This document shows positions 46,827-55,654 of a stretch of DNA of 64,000 bases, in pieces (position 1 is the first letter of the stretch; each line of letters opens with the position of its first letter). Location: positions 17,652-81,651 of the forward strand of contig JAFLCQ010000001.1 in NCBI GenBank assembly GCA_017302815.1. The letters are read 5' to 3'. Source of the stretch: Planctomycetota bacterium (GTDB lineage: Bacteria > Planctomycetota > UBA11346). The notes beneath the pieces are model-generated. The model searched no databases. It was not told the DNA's origin and was given only the letters and a program-made list of their open reading frames with translations. The position numbers and the translations under genes were made by a program.

Positions 46827-47947
46827 ACATGCCCAATCGCCGCTCCGGTATACCAATGTCAGACCCGTGGGCGGGATTCACTCTCCTCGAGATGATGCTG
46901 GCTCTCAGTGTCGGCCTGATGCTGATCCTGGTGACCGTTGCGTTGTTCCGGGCAACCAGCAAGGCCATCATCAGGTCCAACCGGATTGCGACCCAGAACC
47001 AACTGCTGATTGCGGGCATCTCGTACGCGCTCGACGATCTTGATGGTTGGGATACGTTGAATGATCCCGCCGATCCGACCAATCCGACCAAGCGCCCGAG
47101 GTTGTTCGTTGCGGCTCCGGTAAACGACGGTCGGCCATTCAACTGGCTCAAGCCATCCTATCCCGTGGGCGCGTTCCGCGCCAGCGATCCCAAATGGTGG
47201 TATGGATACAGGTTCGTCACCGCCGCGCGTGAGCGTGTCCCTGGCGGGGCATTGGCGCCGCAGTTGCCGCAATGGGTGCAGTTCGGAAGCCGAGGAGATC
47301 CGGTTGCGGATCGCGCATTCCTGCATCGCTGGCCGTATTATCTCTTCGAGCAATTGGGAATGTATGGCATGATCGACTATATGCCTCCAGGCGTTCCCAT
47401 CGGCCTGGCAGATATGTCCAGCCGGACTGTCAATGCAGTTGCGATCTGGGAGCCGAGTTGGCTGTATCCCTTCGAACTCATATCAGATACGACTGGATAT
47501 ACCAATCTTGTCCCTTCCGAGTACCCGATGACTGGCAGTCTAGGGCGTGAACAGTCTGTTGTCATTGTGAGTAATGATCTCGGATCTGGGGCGACGCCGG
47601 TAACGCAGCTCTATAATCGTAAGGTGTACTATGCGTCGAATCGCAATTCGACATTAACGAACAAGAATGCATTGTATCGGTTCTTCACCGCCGACGTTGC
47701 GCCGGTCCGGATCCTGCCCGCTGATGCCCCGTCTTCGATGGCGTCGTCGGCCCCTGTGGGACCAGTTGACTGGCCGCAGCTCGAGGTCGCTTCCTACAGG
47801 CTCATCCGCCGTGGTGTGCACCACAATCTGGCGGTCATCAGATTGCAGGATCCGATGACTGGCGAGATGCTTGCCACGACCGTCAGTGCCGTGAGCACAA
47901 CATTGCGTGGTGCTCGGATTGAACGCGGATTGGATGTGCTGCCATGA
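46823..47947 (+). CDS. Prepilin-type N-terminal cleavage/methylation domain protein (GspJ/minor-pilin-like, 374 aa)
   Basis: MNMPNRRSGIPMSDPWAG-FTLLEMMLALSVGLMLILVTVALF. 4-nt overlaps with both neighbours. Confidence 0.8.
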   Translation: MNMPNRRSGIPMSDPWAGFTLLEMMLALSVGLMLILVTVALFRATSKAIIRSNRIATQNQLLIAGISYALDDLDGWDTLNDPADPTNPTKRPRLFVAAPVNDGRPFNWLKPSYPVGAFRASDPKWWYGYRFVTAARERVPGGALAPQLPQWVQFGSRGDPVADRAFLHRWPYYLFEQLGMYGMIDYMPPGVPIGLADMSSRTVNAVAIWEPSWLYPFELISDTTGYTNLVPSEYPMTGSLGREQSVVIVSNDLGSGATPVTQLYNRKVYYASNRNSTLTNKNALYRFFTADVAPVRILPADAPSSMASSAPVGPVDWPQLEVASYRLIRRGVHHNLAVIRLQDPMTGEMLATTVSAVSTTLRGARIERGLDVLP

Positions 47948-49137
47948 GTTGTGTCAGGTCGGATCGGGGAGCGGTGCTCATCATAGTCGTCGGGATCGCG
48001 ATGCTGCTGCTCGCCATGACCACGGCGTTCGTGGCGCGCATCCGTTCTGATGTTGAGGCGGCAAGGGTCCTCGTCGGTGAGGCGCAGACCAGGACGCTGA
48101 TCGCGGCTGCCTGTGCCTATGTCCTCGAAACCGGGCGGATCGGTTGGGGCGAAGAGGCGTACGGCTGGTGCGACATCCGCGATGACAGTGATCCGGCTGC
48201 CCTGCCTGGTCCACGCGGAAGGGATGGCCGACAACTGCCCAAGCGTCACGATGGAAGCTGGGCGGTCGATCCGGCTGCGGCACCGCTCTTGCGCTGGCCG
48301 GCTATCGGTGGCATCGCCCGTTGTCCGATGTTTCTGCCGACTCTGCCTCCGTATGCCACCAAGGGACAGTACGCCTATAATCCGGTGCCGCGGCGCTCGT
48401 ACAGCCTCGCCGAACCGGATGCGTCCGGTTACCCATCCACCTGGAGCATCGGCGTCCGCTACAATGCGCTCAGTCCGCAGCCGGCTGCGTTTCCCAATCC
48501 AGAGCCGGCGGGACCTTGGCGATGGGATGATGCGGCCAGTGGCATCCCTGGTGGATATGCCGAAGTCTCGACTGCATTTGCTGCTGGCGGGCGCGTTGTG
48601 AACACGGATCCAGGCAGCCTGCAAGGCTTGGCTGGGACGCAGCTCGGATGGTTTCGGGTATTGCGGATAGGCGTCGATGTCTTCGTCGTCTCGGCTGGCA
48701 GCGGAGCCTCGCGCGGGTTTCGCACGTGGCAGGAAGTGGTCGAATCAGGCGCACAAGCTATATTCTACAATGATCCGGCCTTGTTCCGCAGCGCCTCTGC
48801 GTCGGACCGGCCATTGTGGTATGAGATCCAGTGGTCCTCATCGGTTGGCGGCCGTGGAACGGGGCAGTATGCGGCTCAGTCGGTCATATCCGATCTTGGC
48901 AAGGACCACACGAACTCCGACGTCTTTCAAATATTGGCGCCACCGCATCTGGGGTACGAATTGATTCCACATGGTCTTCCATCAGGCGTTACGTACCCAG
49001 ATGTGCTTTCGCGTGACATGCCGCTGCACAACTCTCTGTCATTCAAGAGTAGAAGTTCATCACCGCATCAGGGGGTCAACCAGCTGGGCACCCTGTCGCA
49101 GATCCGTCGCCTGTTCGCGGAGCCGGCATTATGGTGA
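47944..49137 (+). CDS. GspK/PilX-like minor pseudopilin (no Glu5), 397 aa
   Basis: The N-terminus SDRGAVLIIVVGIAMLLLAMTTAFVARI resembles GspK-type hydrophobic segments that lack the conserved Glu. Position within the pilin operon supports the call. Confidence 0.6.
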   Translation: MSCVRSDRGAVLIIVVGIAMLLLAMTTAFVARIRSDVEAARVLVGEAQTRTLIAAACAYVLETGRIGWGEEAYGWCDIRDDSDPAALPGPRGRDGRQLPKRHDGSWAVDPAAAPLLRWPAIGGIARCPMFLPTLPPYATKGQYAYNPVPRRSYSLAEPDASGYPSTWSIGVRYNALSPQPAAFPNPEPAGPWRWDDAASGIPGGYAEVSTAFAAGGRVVNTDPGSLQGLAGTQLGWFRVLRIGVDVFVVSAGSGASRGFRTWQEVVESGAQAIFYNDPALFRSASASDRPLWYEIQWSSSVGGRGTGQYAAQSVISDLGKDHTNSDVFQILAPPHLGYELIPHGLPSGVTYPDVLSRDMPLHNSLSFKSRSSSPHQGVNQLGTLSQIRRLFAEPALW

Positions 49138-49706
49138 AGCGTGGATTCACGGTGGTCGAGCTCCTGACCGCCATGGCGATCATCGGGATCCTCATCGGCA
49201 TCCTGATCCCGACAGGCATTATGATCCTGAATCGGAAGGACGTGCAGACGACGCGCAGCCTGGTTCAGGCCGTGGTTGCGGCCATGGCCGCGTATCCCGT
49301 GCGGTCCTGGGAGGTGCGCATAGCCGATACATCCGGTGTAAATCCATCGCTGCGCCACGCGTCCTACCCCTGGCTGTGGGATCTGAACCAGCAGGAACCT
49401 GGCGATCGACCAGGGGACGGCCTCATTGATGGAATCCCTGCGGCAGCAGCTGATGCATCCCATGACGGCCCCTTTTGGAGCGGCCTGATTGCCTCAGGCT
49501 ACCGTGGCTTCGCCGAGATGGCGATGCCGAACCTGCCTGAATCCCGGCGTGCGGCGAACGGCCAGCCGATCGACGCGTGGAAGCGCCCGCTGCGCGTGCG
49601 CTATTCGGGCATGAATGGCGGTCCGGGCGGGTATGAAGTGTGGTCTGCAGGTCCTGACGGGATAGATGGGTCATCCGATGACATCCGCGATGATGGTGCG
49701 CGATGA
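49131..49706 (+). CDS. GspG-like major (pseudo)pilin
   Basis: MVKRG-FTVVELLTAMAIIGILIGILIP with C-terminal DAWKRPLRVRY...YEVWSAGPDGIDGSSDDI, matching the T2SS-G pattern (DPWG.PY.Y...S.GPDG..GT.DDI). Confidence 0.8.
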   Translation: MVKRGFTVVELLTAMAIIGILIGILIPTGIMILNRKDVQTTRSLVQAVVAAMAAYPVRSWEVRIADTSGVNPSLRHASYPWLWDLNQQEPGDRPGDGLIDGIPAAAADASHDGPFWSGLIASGYRGFAEMAMPNLPESRRAANGQPIDAWKRPLRVRYSGMNGGPGGYEVWSAGPDGIDGSSDDIRDDGAR

Positions 49707-50368
49707 GCGGAATGTCTGCACGTACGTGCGGGTTCACCCTCGTCGAGCTGGTCGTCGTCCTGTCGATCGTCACCCTGCTTGCTGCGATCGCCGCACCACG
49801 TGTCGTGGCTGCACTGGGCCGCGCAGGTCTGGATAGAGCCACTGCATCCGTGGTCGCGACTGCCGCCGCAGCCCGGACCATGGCGCAACAGCAATGGATG
49901 CCGCAGATCAACCAGGCGCCAGCACGTTTCGGGGTCGTCATCGTCCAGTCCGCCGGGCAGCAACCGTATGTGGCACTAACCTATGGCATCAGCAATCCGC
50001 CGTTGCCCGAAGAAGTGCTGCTTCGCAAAGAGCAGTCTTGGCGGACATATGCGGAGTATCTGGCCACTCCCAATGAACTGGATGCCAACGGCCAGCCCAT
50101 CCCGGTACGCATGGCACGCATCGGAGGCGATCTCCTGTTCCACCGGCCTCCAGCGGCAACTCCGCTGGCTGACCAGCCTATCTCCGGCAGCTGGGGATGG
50201 ATATGCCATCCTCGTCGTGGTGCGATCGTTTCTGCCTTGTCGACATGGGCGAAGCCGGTCGATGTCGGCACTTCTCCGATGCTGGTTGTCCGTAACAATG
50301 CTGCACAGATGGCTGCGGCGATAGCGATCTACAGCGTGGGAGCGAGCCATGTGCAGACCTTGCGCTGA
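49703..50368 (+). CDS. Prepilin-type N-terminal cleavage/methylation domain protein (GspH-like)
   Basis: SARTCG-FTLVELVVVLSIVTLLAAIAAP. 4-nt overlap with the upstream gene. Confidence 0.75.
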   Translation: MSGMSARTCGFTLVELVVVLSIVTLLAAIAAPRVVAALGRAGLDRATASVVATAAAARTMAQQQWMPQINQAPARFGVVIVQSAGQQPYVALTYGISNPPLPEEVLLRKEQSWRTYAEYLATPNELDANGQPIPVRMARIGGDLLFHRPPAATPLADQPISGSWGWICHPRRGAIVSALSTWAKPVDVGTSPMLVVRNNAAQMAAAIAIYSVGASHVQTLR

Positions 50369-50375
50369 TCCTCGG

Positions 50376-51692
50376 ATGGCATGCAGGGCTGGGTTCACCC
50401 TGGTCGAGCTGCTCCTGGTGATCGCGGTAATCCTCGTCCTCGCCGGCATGATTCTCGCCGTCCGCGGTCCGCTGATGGAGTCCCAGCGCGCCAGTCGGAC
50501 GAGGGCCATCCTGGCGATCATCCAGCAGGGGCTCTCCCTGTGGGGTACCGAGCACGGCTCGGTCCCGTCCCCGGTTGAGCACCCGTTCGCTGGCTCCAAG
50601 GCTCCTCGTCTCGATTTCCGGGGCCTGCGATCCGGCGTCTGGACCGACCTGCTTCCTACCGGCGAGGCATTGTGCGGGGTCGACGAGGCGAGGCTGGACG
50701 TCGTCACGGACCCCACGGCTCCGCAGCGCCTCTTGGGCCCGAATGACCTCTTCAATGAACCGGACATCCCGGCATTCTATGGTGTCGAGCGATCCCACAT
50801 GGGCATCCTGGGTGAGGCCCAGGCGAACATCACGCGGCGTCTGGATCTGTCGTTGGCGCCGGGCAGCGGTGTCATCCAGGCGGGAGCGAATGGCTACCGC
50901 CCCTACGATCGATGGGCCTTCGCGGGCAGTCCCAGGTGCGCCGCGCATGTCTCGATCGATCCACCGCATTACCCCGATCTCCGACTGGGCAACCCGGCGT
51001 TCCCGCGCAGTGAATATCTGGTCGAGGGGATAGCGCGTACGGTCGACAAGATTCCGGATCCGGCCTTGACGGGCAGCGGATTCGGCATTGCAACCATGTG
51101 TAGCAGTCCGCTTGGACCAGCTGATCAGGCGGTGGCATTATCTCTGTACCTGAGCCAGGCCGTGTTGCAGGAACTGCGTGACCTTGGAGGGGCCACGGCG
51201 CCAGCCGATGATGATCCATCGCGTCTCGTTGTGCCCGGTCCTGGCGTTCCGGCTTGCGCGGAGTGGGTTCCGGAATTGAAGCAGCGTTGGCTGCTTGGCC
51301 GGGACCCTGGCCCCAGCCCGGTCGTGGTCCAGCGGCCCTATCAGGCGAGTGTGCCAAGGGTCTGGTCGGATGGCGTCGGCACCGCGACGTGGGAACCCGG
51401 GCGAATACGCGCCTCGCTCGATGGGAGTGGGTCATGGGTGCGCTACCGCCTGCGCGGGCTGGCGCTGTACGACGCCTGGGGGACGGAACTGCTGTATGTG
51501 CGCAAGTCTGATGGCACACCGATCGTCATCTCGGCAGGACGTGACCGCTGCTTCGCCCTGGTCCCCGGCTTGCGCGATGCGAATGGGGCCAGCATCTTTG
51601 CTACCAGTCTCGCCAACGGTCTTGCCGGTGGTCCGGTTGCTCCGGATCGCGATGGACGACTCGACAACATCAGCCTCGATGGGAAGCGCTGA
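50376..51692 (+). CDS. Prepilin-type N-terminal cleavage/methylation domain protein (438 aa)
   Basis: MACRAG-FTLVELLLVIAVILVLAGMIL; short leader if ATG 50376 is used (the tracked start is 50349). C-terminal YDAWGTELLYV...ISAGRD echoes the GspG C-terminal pattern. Confidence 0.75.
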   Translation: MACRAGFTLVELLLVIAVILVLAGMILAVRGPLMESQRASRTRAILAIIQQGLSLWGTEHGSVPSPVEHPFAGSKAPRLDFRGLRSGVWTDLLPTGEALCGVDEARLDVVTDPTAPQRLLGPNDLFNEPDIPAFYGVERSHMGILGEAQANITRRLDLSLAPGSGVIQAGANGYRPYDRWAFAGSPRCAAHVSIDPPHYPDLRLGNPAFPRSEYLVEGIARTVDKIPDPALTGSGFGIATMCSSPLGPADQAVALSLYLSQAVLQELRDLGGATAPADDDPSRLVVPGPGVPACAEWVPELKQRWLLGRDPGPSPVVVQRPYQASVPRVWSDGVGTATWEPGRIRASLDGSGSWVRYRLRGLALYDAWGTELLYVRKSDGTPIVISAGRDRCFALVPGLRDANGASIFATSLANGLAGGPVAPDRDGRLDNISLDGKR

Positions 51693-51739
51693 TATGGGCA
51701 CCGAACTGAGTCGTCGCAGGTCAGGCTCGTGGAACGGGG

Positions 51740-54502
51740 ATGTCGACCATGGATAGTCAAAGCGGCAATGAGCCATCGCCATCCAGCGTAGGCGAGGATT
51801 CGGCTCTCCATCGCGCCATGGGGATGGAGACTGCGGTGTGGCGTCGTGCCGTCGGGGAGGGCCGCCTCGGCTCTACGGACATATCTGCCGGGAATGGCGG
51901 GTCTCGGTGCATGGAGGGTCTGAGCCTTACCGCGCTGGTCGAGGATGCGCGGCAGGTGGGGCGCCGGCATGCCATGCCCCTGGTCGTTCTGATAGAGGTG
52001 TTCCACAAGGCGGCTGTCCAGATCGCCCGCGCCCACGACCGCTTGGTGCTGCACGGCAATCTCGATCCCGATAAGCTGCTGGTGGGCCGTTTCGGCGAGG
52101 TCGTCATCACAGACTGGTCCTCGAATCGGCAGACCTGTGCGACATCCAAGCCATGGACCGGCGTTTCTGCGGGTGGCCGTCTCGGACCGGAAGACGATCT
52201 GTATGCGCTGTGCGCCTGCATGTGGTACGCATTGCATCTCGAGCCCCCGGCGGAGGGCGATCTCAGGCCATCGGACAAGCTCCCGCCGGCCGTTCGGGAT
52301 CTGCTGCTGCGTGGCCTTTCGCCGCAGCATTCCATCCGGTTCCGCGATGCCCACCGGCTCACAACTGCAATCCGAGCCTTGGCGCCGGTCGGATACCGCT
52401 TTGATTCCGAAGGCGCCTTGTCCACGTATCGGCGGCGGACGGCATGGATCGCCGGATGGATCTTCGCCATATCGCTGCTGGCGGCGGCAATAGTCTCCGT
52501 CATCGTGGTGGTGCGACCACTGACCGCATCCCGGCCAGTGGAACATCGTCCTGCGCCTATTCTGCAGGAATCGTTCACCGATGAATCGTGGAGAGGACGT
52601 TGGAAGCCGCGAGGTGATCCGGACCAGTTCACCGTCACGGATGGCGCCCTGGTGAACCGGACGGAATCGGCGATCCTCGTCCTCGACCGACTGATCGCTC
52701 CGCCTGCAACGATGGAATTCGTCGGCGAAATTCCTGCTGGCAGCGATCCCGGCGACCTGTCCGTCGTCTGGGGGGAGGGCAGTCTGCTGGATCCGCTCTG
52801 GACCTTTCCGCATGCGGCGAAACTGCCCGACAAGGGGCGGTTCTACCTGTTCCAGAATGGCGCCTATGACAACACCTATTCCTGCATCCAGCAGTCGGCC
52901 GACGGGATCCTTGCCAGCGTTGCGTATCAGCACGAGCGTCTGGATATCGGACGCAGGTATCGGATTCGCGTTGAGATCGAGTCCCGTAGCGTTGCGATGT
53001 GGCGGGACGGTCGTCTGATCGGCCGGCACGAGTTCGATGTCGCATTGCGTCCAGGTACCTTCGCCTTGTATCTCTATCACCCAGGCAAGCAGGTGCGTGA
53101 TGTACGTGTTTGGTCGGGTGAACCGATGGCGGATCCATTGCAGGTCGGGGATGCATTCCTGGGCGTCGGCGCGGCCTCCGCGGCGGCCGACTCATATATG
53201 GGGGTCATCCAGTCCGGTAGGCAGCCCCAGCTTGTCGAATCGGCGCGTTACCGCCTAGGTCTGGCGCAGCTGGCGGCTGGTGAGCGGGAGGCATCGGTCG
53301 CGACATGGAGCGGATTGCGGGATCCGGTGCTTGCCGGCCGCAGCAGGCTTCAGCAACTGGATGCCCTGATTGCAGCCGGAGCCCATGACGCAGCCCTGGC
53401 GATCCTTGAAGATGTGTATGTCCGCATTCCAGATCTGCGAGGCCAGGTCGCGGTGCGGTTGGCGGCGATTCTTGGGCGCGTCACCTGGGATCAACGTTTC
53501 GACGACTATGTCCAGCTACGCGAACGACTTCTGGCGAATGATGACATCACCGGAATCAGCGCCGCCCGCTATCTGGGATGGCGCAATCGACATGAACGTG
53601 TCGTGGCGCGCTATTCGAAGTATCGTGCTATCTATCTCGACAGCCTGTTTGCTCTGGGTGACCTGGATCGTGCGGAGCGTGACGGTTCCGACATCCCAAG
53701 CGTAAACGTGCGTCTGGCCCTGGAACGCGGGCAGTTCGAGCTGCTGGCCTCGCGTCCGGTAGGCCACGTGCTGGCATCGTGCCTTCTGGGGCGTTTTGAT
53801 GCGGCCGCCGCAGCATCACCCGGGGATCCCTTGCCGCTGCTATATGCCGGGCGATTCGCGGAAGCGGCTGCCAGTGTCGGCCCGGAGCGGCTCGTCACCC
53901 TGGCCCGGCGATGGATGTCCGGGTCCTCCGGTCCCGAACTGCGGATCGGGACAGAGCGTCTCGATGCCCTCGTGCGCTCTGCCTTCGATGCGGGCAGGGA
54001 TGGATGGTGCGATGCCCGGCTCGGAGCGGAGGCGTTGCTGCGAGGACGTATCGAGGGGCGGGCGGCGGATGAGCAGAGCAAGCTGCTCGTCATGCTGTCA
54101 AATTCGAAGGCGAGGCAGGAGGATCCACTGGTCTGGTTCCACCACCTGGTGGTTCCTGCGTATCTGCAGGCCCTGGATGGTCATCCGGAGGCATTGGACG
54201 ATGCGGTCGCCAAGGTGTCCTACCGGTATCGCGACCGCTATGGACAGCGGTTCTGGTACTTCGCGCAGCGCGTATGCGGGTTGGTCGACGAGGGGGCCTT
54301 CATGGCCCAGCCCGCCCGGGTCGAAGCCCAGGCGTGGCTCGCGCTCGCTGACGCCATGGCGGCGGATCGCCGTGGGGATCGATCGGCTGCTTTTGCATAT
54401 TGGCGATCCTTGGCAGCAATGCCTCCGCACAGGCGCTGCTTCGGCGGTATCGAAGGCAGCAGGGTGGCAGACGTGCTCATCGCCTGGCGCAGCTCGCCAT
54501 GA
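51740..54502 (+). CDS. Single-pass membrane protein: degenerate Ser/Thr-kinase C-lobe (pseudokinase), TM helix, LamG/DUF1080-like module, TPR-like helical repeats
   Basis: HGNLDPDKLLV stands in place of HRDLKPxNILV (nt 52052 onward), and ITDWS in place of DFG (nt 52109). There is no Gly-rich loop or VAIK upstream. TM helix WIAGWIFAISLLAAAIVSVIVVV at nt 52445-52513. The C-terminus is Ala/Leu/Arg-rich helical repeats. Confidence 0.65.
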   Translation: MSTMDSQSGNEPSPSSVGEDSALHRAMGMETAVWRRAVGEGRLGSTDISAGNGGSRCMEGLSLTALVEDARQVGRRHAMPLVVLIEVFHKAAVQIARAHDRLVLHGNLDPDKLLVGRFGEVVITDWSSNRQTCATSKPWTGVSAGGRLGPEDDLYALCACMWYALHLEPPAEGDLRPSDKLPPAVRDLLLRGLSPQHSIRFRDAHRLTTAIRALAPVGYRFDSEGALSTYRRRTAWIAGWIFAISLLAAAIVSVIVVVRPLTASRPVEHRPAPILQESFTDESWRGRWKPRGDPDQFTVTDGALVNRTESAILVLDRLIAPPATMEFVGEIPAGSDPGDLSVVWGEGSLLDPLWTFPHAAKLPDKGRFYLFQNGAYDNTYSCIQQSADGILASVAYQHERLDIGRRYRIRVEIESRSVAMWRDGRLIGRHEFDVALRPGTFALYLYHPGKQVRDVRVWSGEPMADPLQVGDAFLGVGAASAAADSYMGVIQSGRQPQLVESARYRLGLAQLAAGEREASVATWSGLRDPVLAGRSRLQQLDALIAAGAHDAALAILEDVYVRIPDLRGQVAVRLAAILGRVTWDQRFDDYVQLRERLLANDDITGISAARYLGWRNRHERVVARYSKYRAIYLDSLFALGDLDRAERDGSDIPSVNVRLALERGQFELLASRPVGHVLASCLLGRFDAAAAASPGDPLPLLYAGRFAEAAASVGPERLVTLARRWMSGSSGPELRIGTERLDALVRSAFDAGRDGWCDARLGAEALLRGRIEGRAADEQSKLLVMLSNSKARQEDPLVWFHHLVVPAYLQALDGHPEALDDAVAKVSYRYRDRYGQRFWYFAQRVCGLVDEGAFMAQPARVEAQAWLALADAMAADRRGDRSAAFAYWRSLAAMPPHRRCFGGIEGSRVADVLIAWRSSP

Positions 54503-54522
54503 TCATCCACCGGTGTCATTCC

Positions 54523-55518
54523 ATGCGAAATGCCGGATTCTCGCTCATCGAACTCGTGCTGGTCATGTCGATCATCGCGGTCCTAGCCCTGCTGATGATC
54601 CCGTTGATCGGATTTTTCCGTGAGCAGGCTCGCTGGGCGGTGACGACAGCGCGCATGCAGGATCTGTTGACTGCTGCCGCGGCGCTTGAAAAGACTGCGC
54701 TAACCCTCCAGCGCCAGGGCGGTCTCGGAGGCGTGACGCTGTTCATCCGGAAGTCACAAGCGCAGATCGATCTGGTCAACAGCAATCCCTCGCGCAACAA
54801 TCCGTTTCTGGACACCCCGATGGCGGCGAAACCTGCGGAATGGTTGACCCAGTCGCAGTACGATCAGCCCTGGTATTTCGGGTTCCCATGGAACGAGACG
54901 GATCGCATCCAGGCCAGATCCTCGTCGATGCTGCCTGCGGGCACTGTTTCCGAGTCGCAAGCGATCGATGCTGCCGGTTTCCAGACGGCGACGCTGTCCG
55001 ACCTGTCGCCACTCCGTTCGTTCGAGCTGATGTCGGCCATGGGGGCATTCAATGATGTGGCCGATGCGGCTGCGTCCTACCGCACGGATCGTGGTGCGGA
55101 CCGGCGATGGAATGATGCTTGGGGCCGGCCTCTGGTTGTTGCATTCGGACTATTCCAGCCTCCGCCCAGGACCGCGATTATCTATGACGCGTACAGTCCA
55201 ATTGCCACGTTTGCGCAGGACGGCTGGCGTGTCGCGGAATCGCTGAAGATGTATGGCTATGATCGGGCTATCTACGTGTCGGTCGGTGCGGTCGGACCGT
55301 CCTTGCCCGCTGGTCTTCCGCCCGATTCGATCACGGATCCGGCAGCTGGCGTTTGGACGGCGACTGTGCTTCCCTCCTTGTGGAGCAGGATCACTACGGC
55401 TTGCGGCGGTTCGACTTGGACCGGGGCGTCGTTTGCTTCGCCGCCATGGAAATCGGTGCGCACGGCCAAGGATACGGAGGGGGCATGCGCACTCTCTGCC
55501 CCAGCTGTTCTGCGCTGA
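54523..55518 (+). CDS. Prepilin-type N-terminal cleavage/methylation domain protein (331 aa)
   Basis: MRNAG-FSLIELVLVMSIIAVLALLMIPL from internal ATG 54523 of the tracked ORF, 20 nt after the pseudokinase stop. Confidence 0.78.
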   Translation: MRNAGFSLIELVLVMSIIAVLALLMIPLIGFFREQARWAVTTARMQDLLTAAAALEKTALTLQRQGGLGGVTLFIRKSQAQIDLVNSNPSRNNPFLDTPMAAKPAEWLTQSQYDQPWYFGFPWNETDRIQARSSSMLPAGTVSESQAIDAAGFQTATLSDLSPLRSFELMSAMGAFNDVADAAASYRTDRGADRRWNDAWGRPLVVAFGLFQPPPRTAIIYDAYSPIATFAQDGWRVAESLKMYGYDRAIYVSVGAVGPSLPAGLPPDSITDPAAGVWTATVLPSLWSRITTACGGSTWTGASFASPPWKSVRTAKDTEGACALSAPAVLR

Positions 55519-55654
55519 ACTGCACTGCATCTGCGTCTGGTGAGGATCGTCGAGATGGTCAGGTCGGGACCTCGACGGCGCGCAGTCGAGGCTGTCGCCG
55601 CGTTGCAGGGGTCTGGTGGAGGTTGCGGTCATCGCCTCCTGATGCGGGGATTTG

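Noticed and set aside
43494-55518. Calling the pilin cluster a complete type II secretion or type IV pilus system
   Set aside because: No secretin, ATPase, platform protein, alignment complex or prepilin peptidase is present in the window. Only pilin-like subunits are supported.
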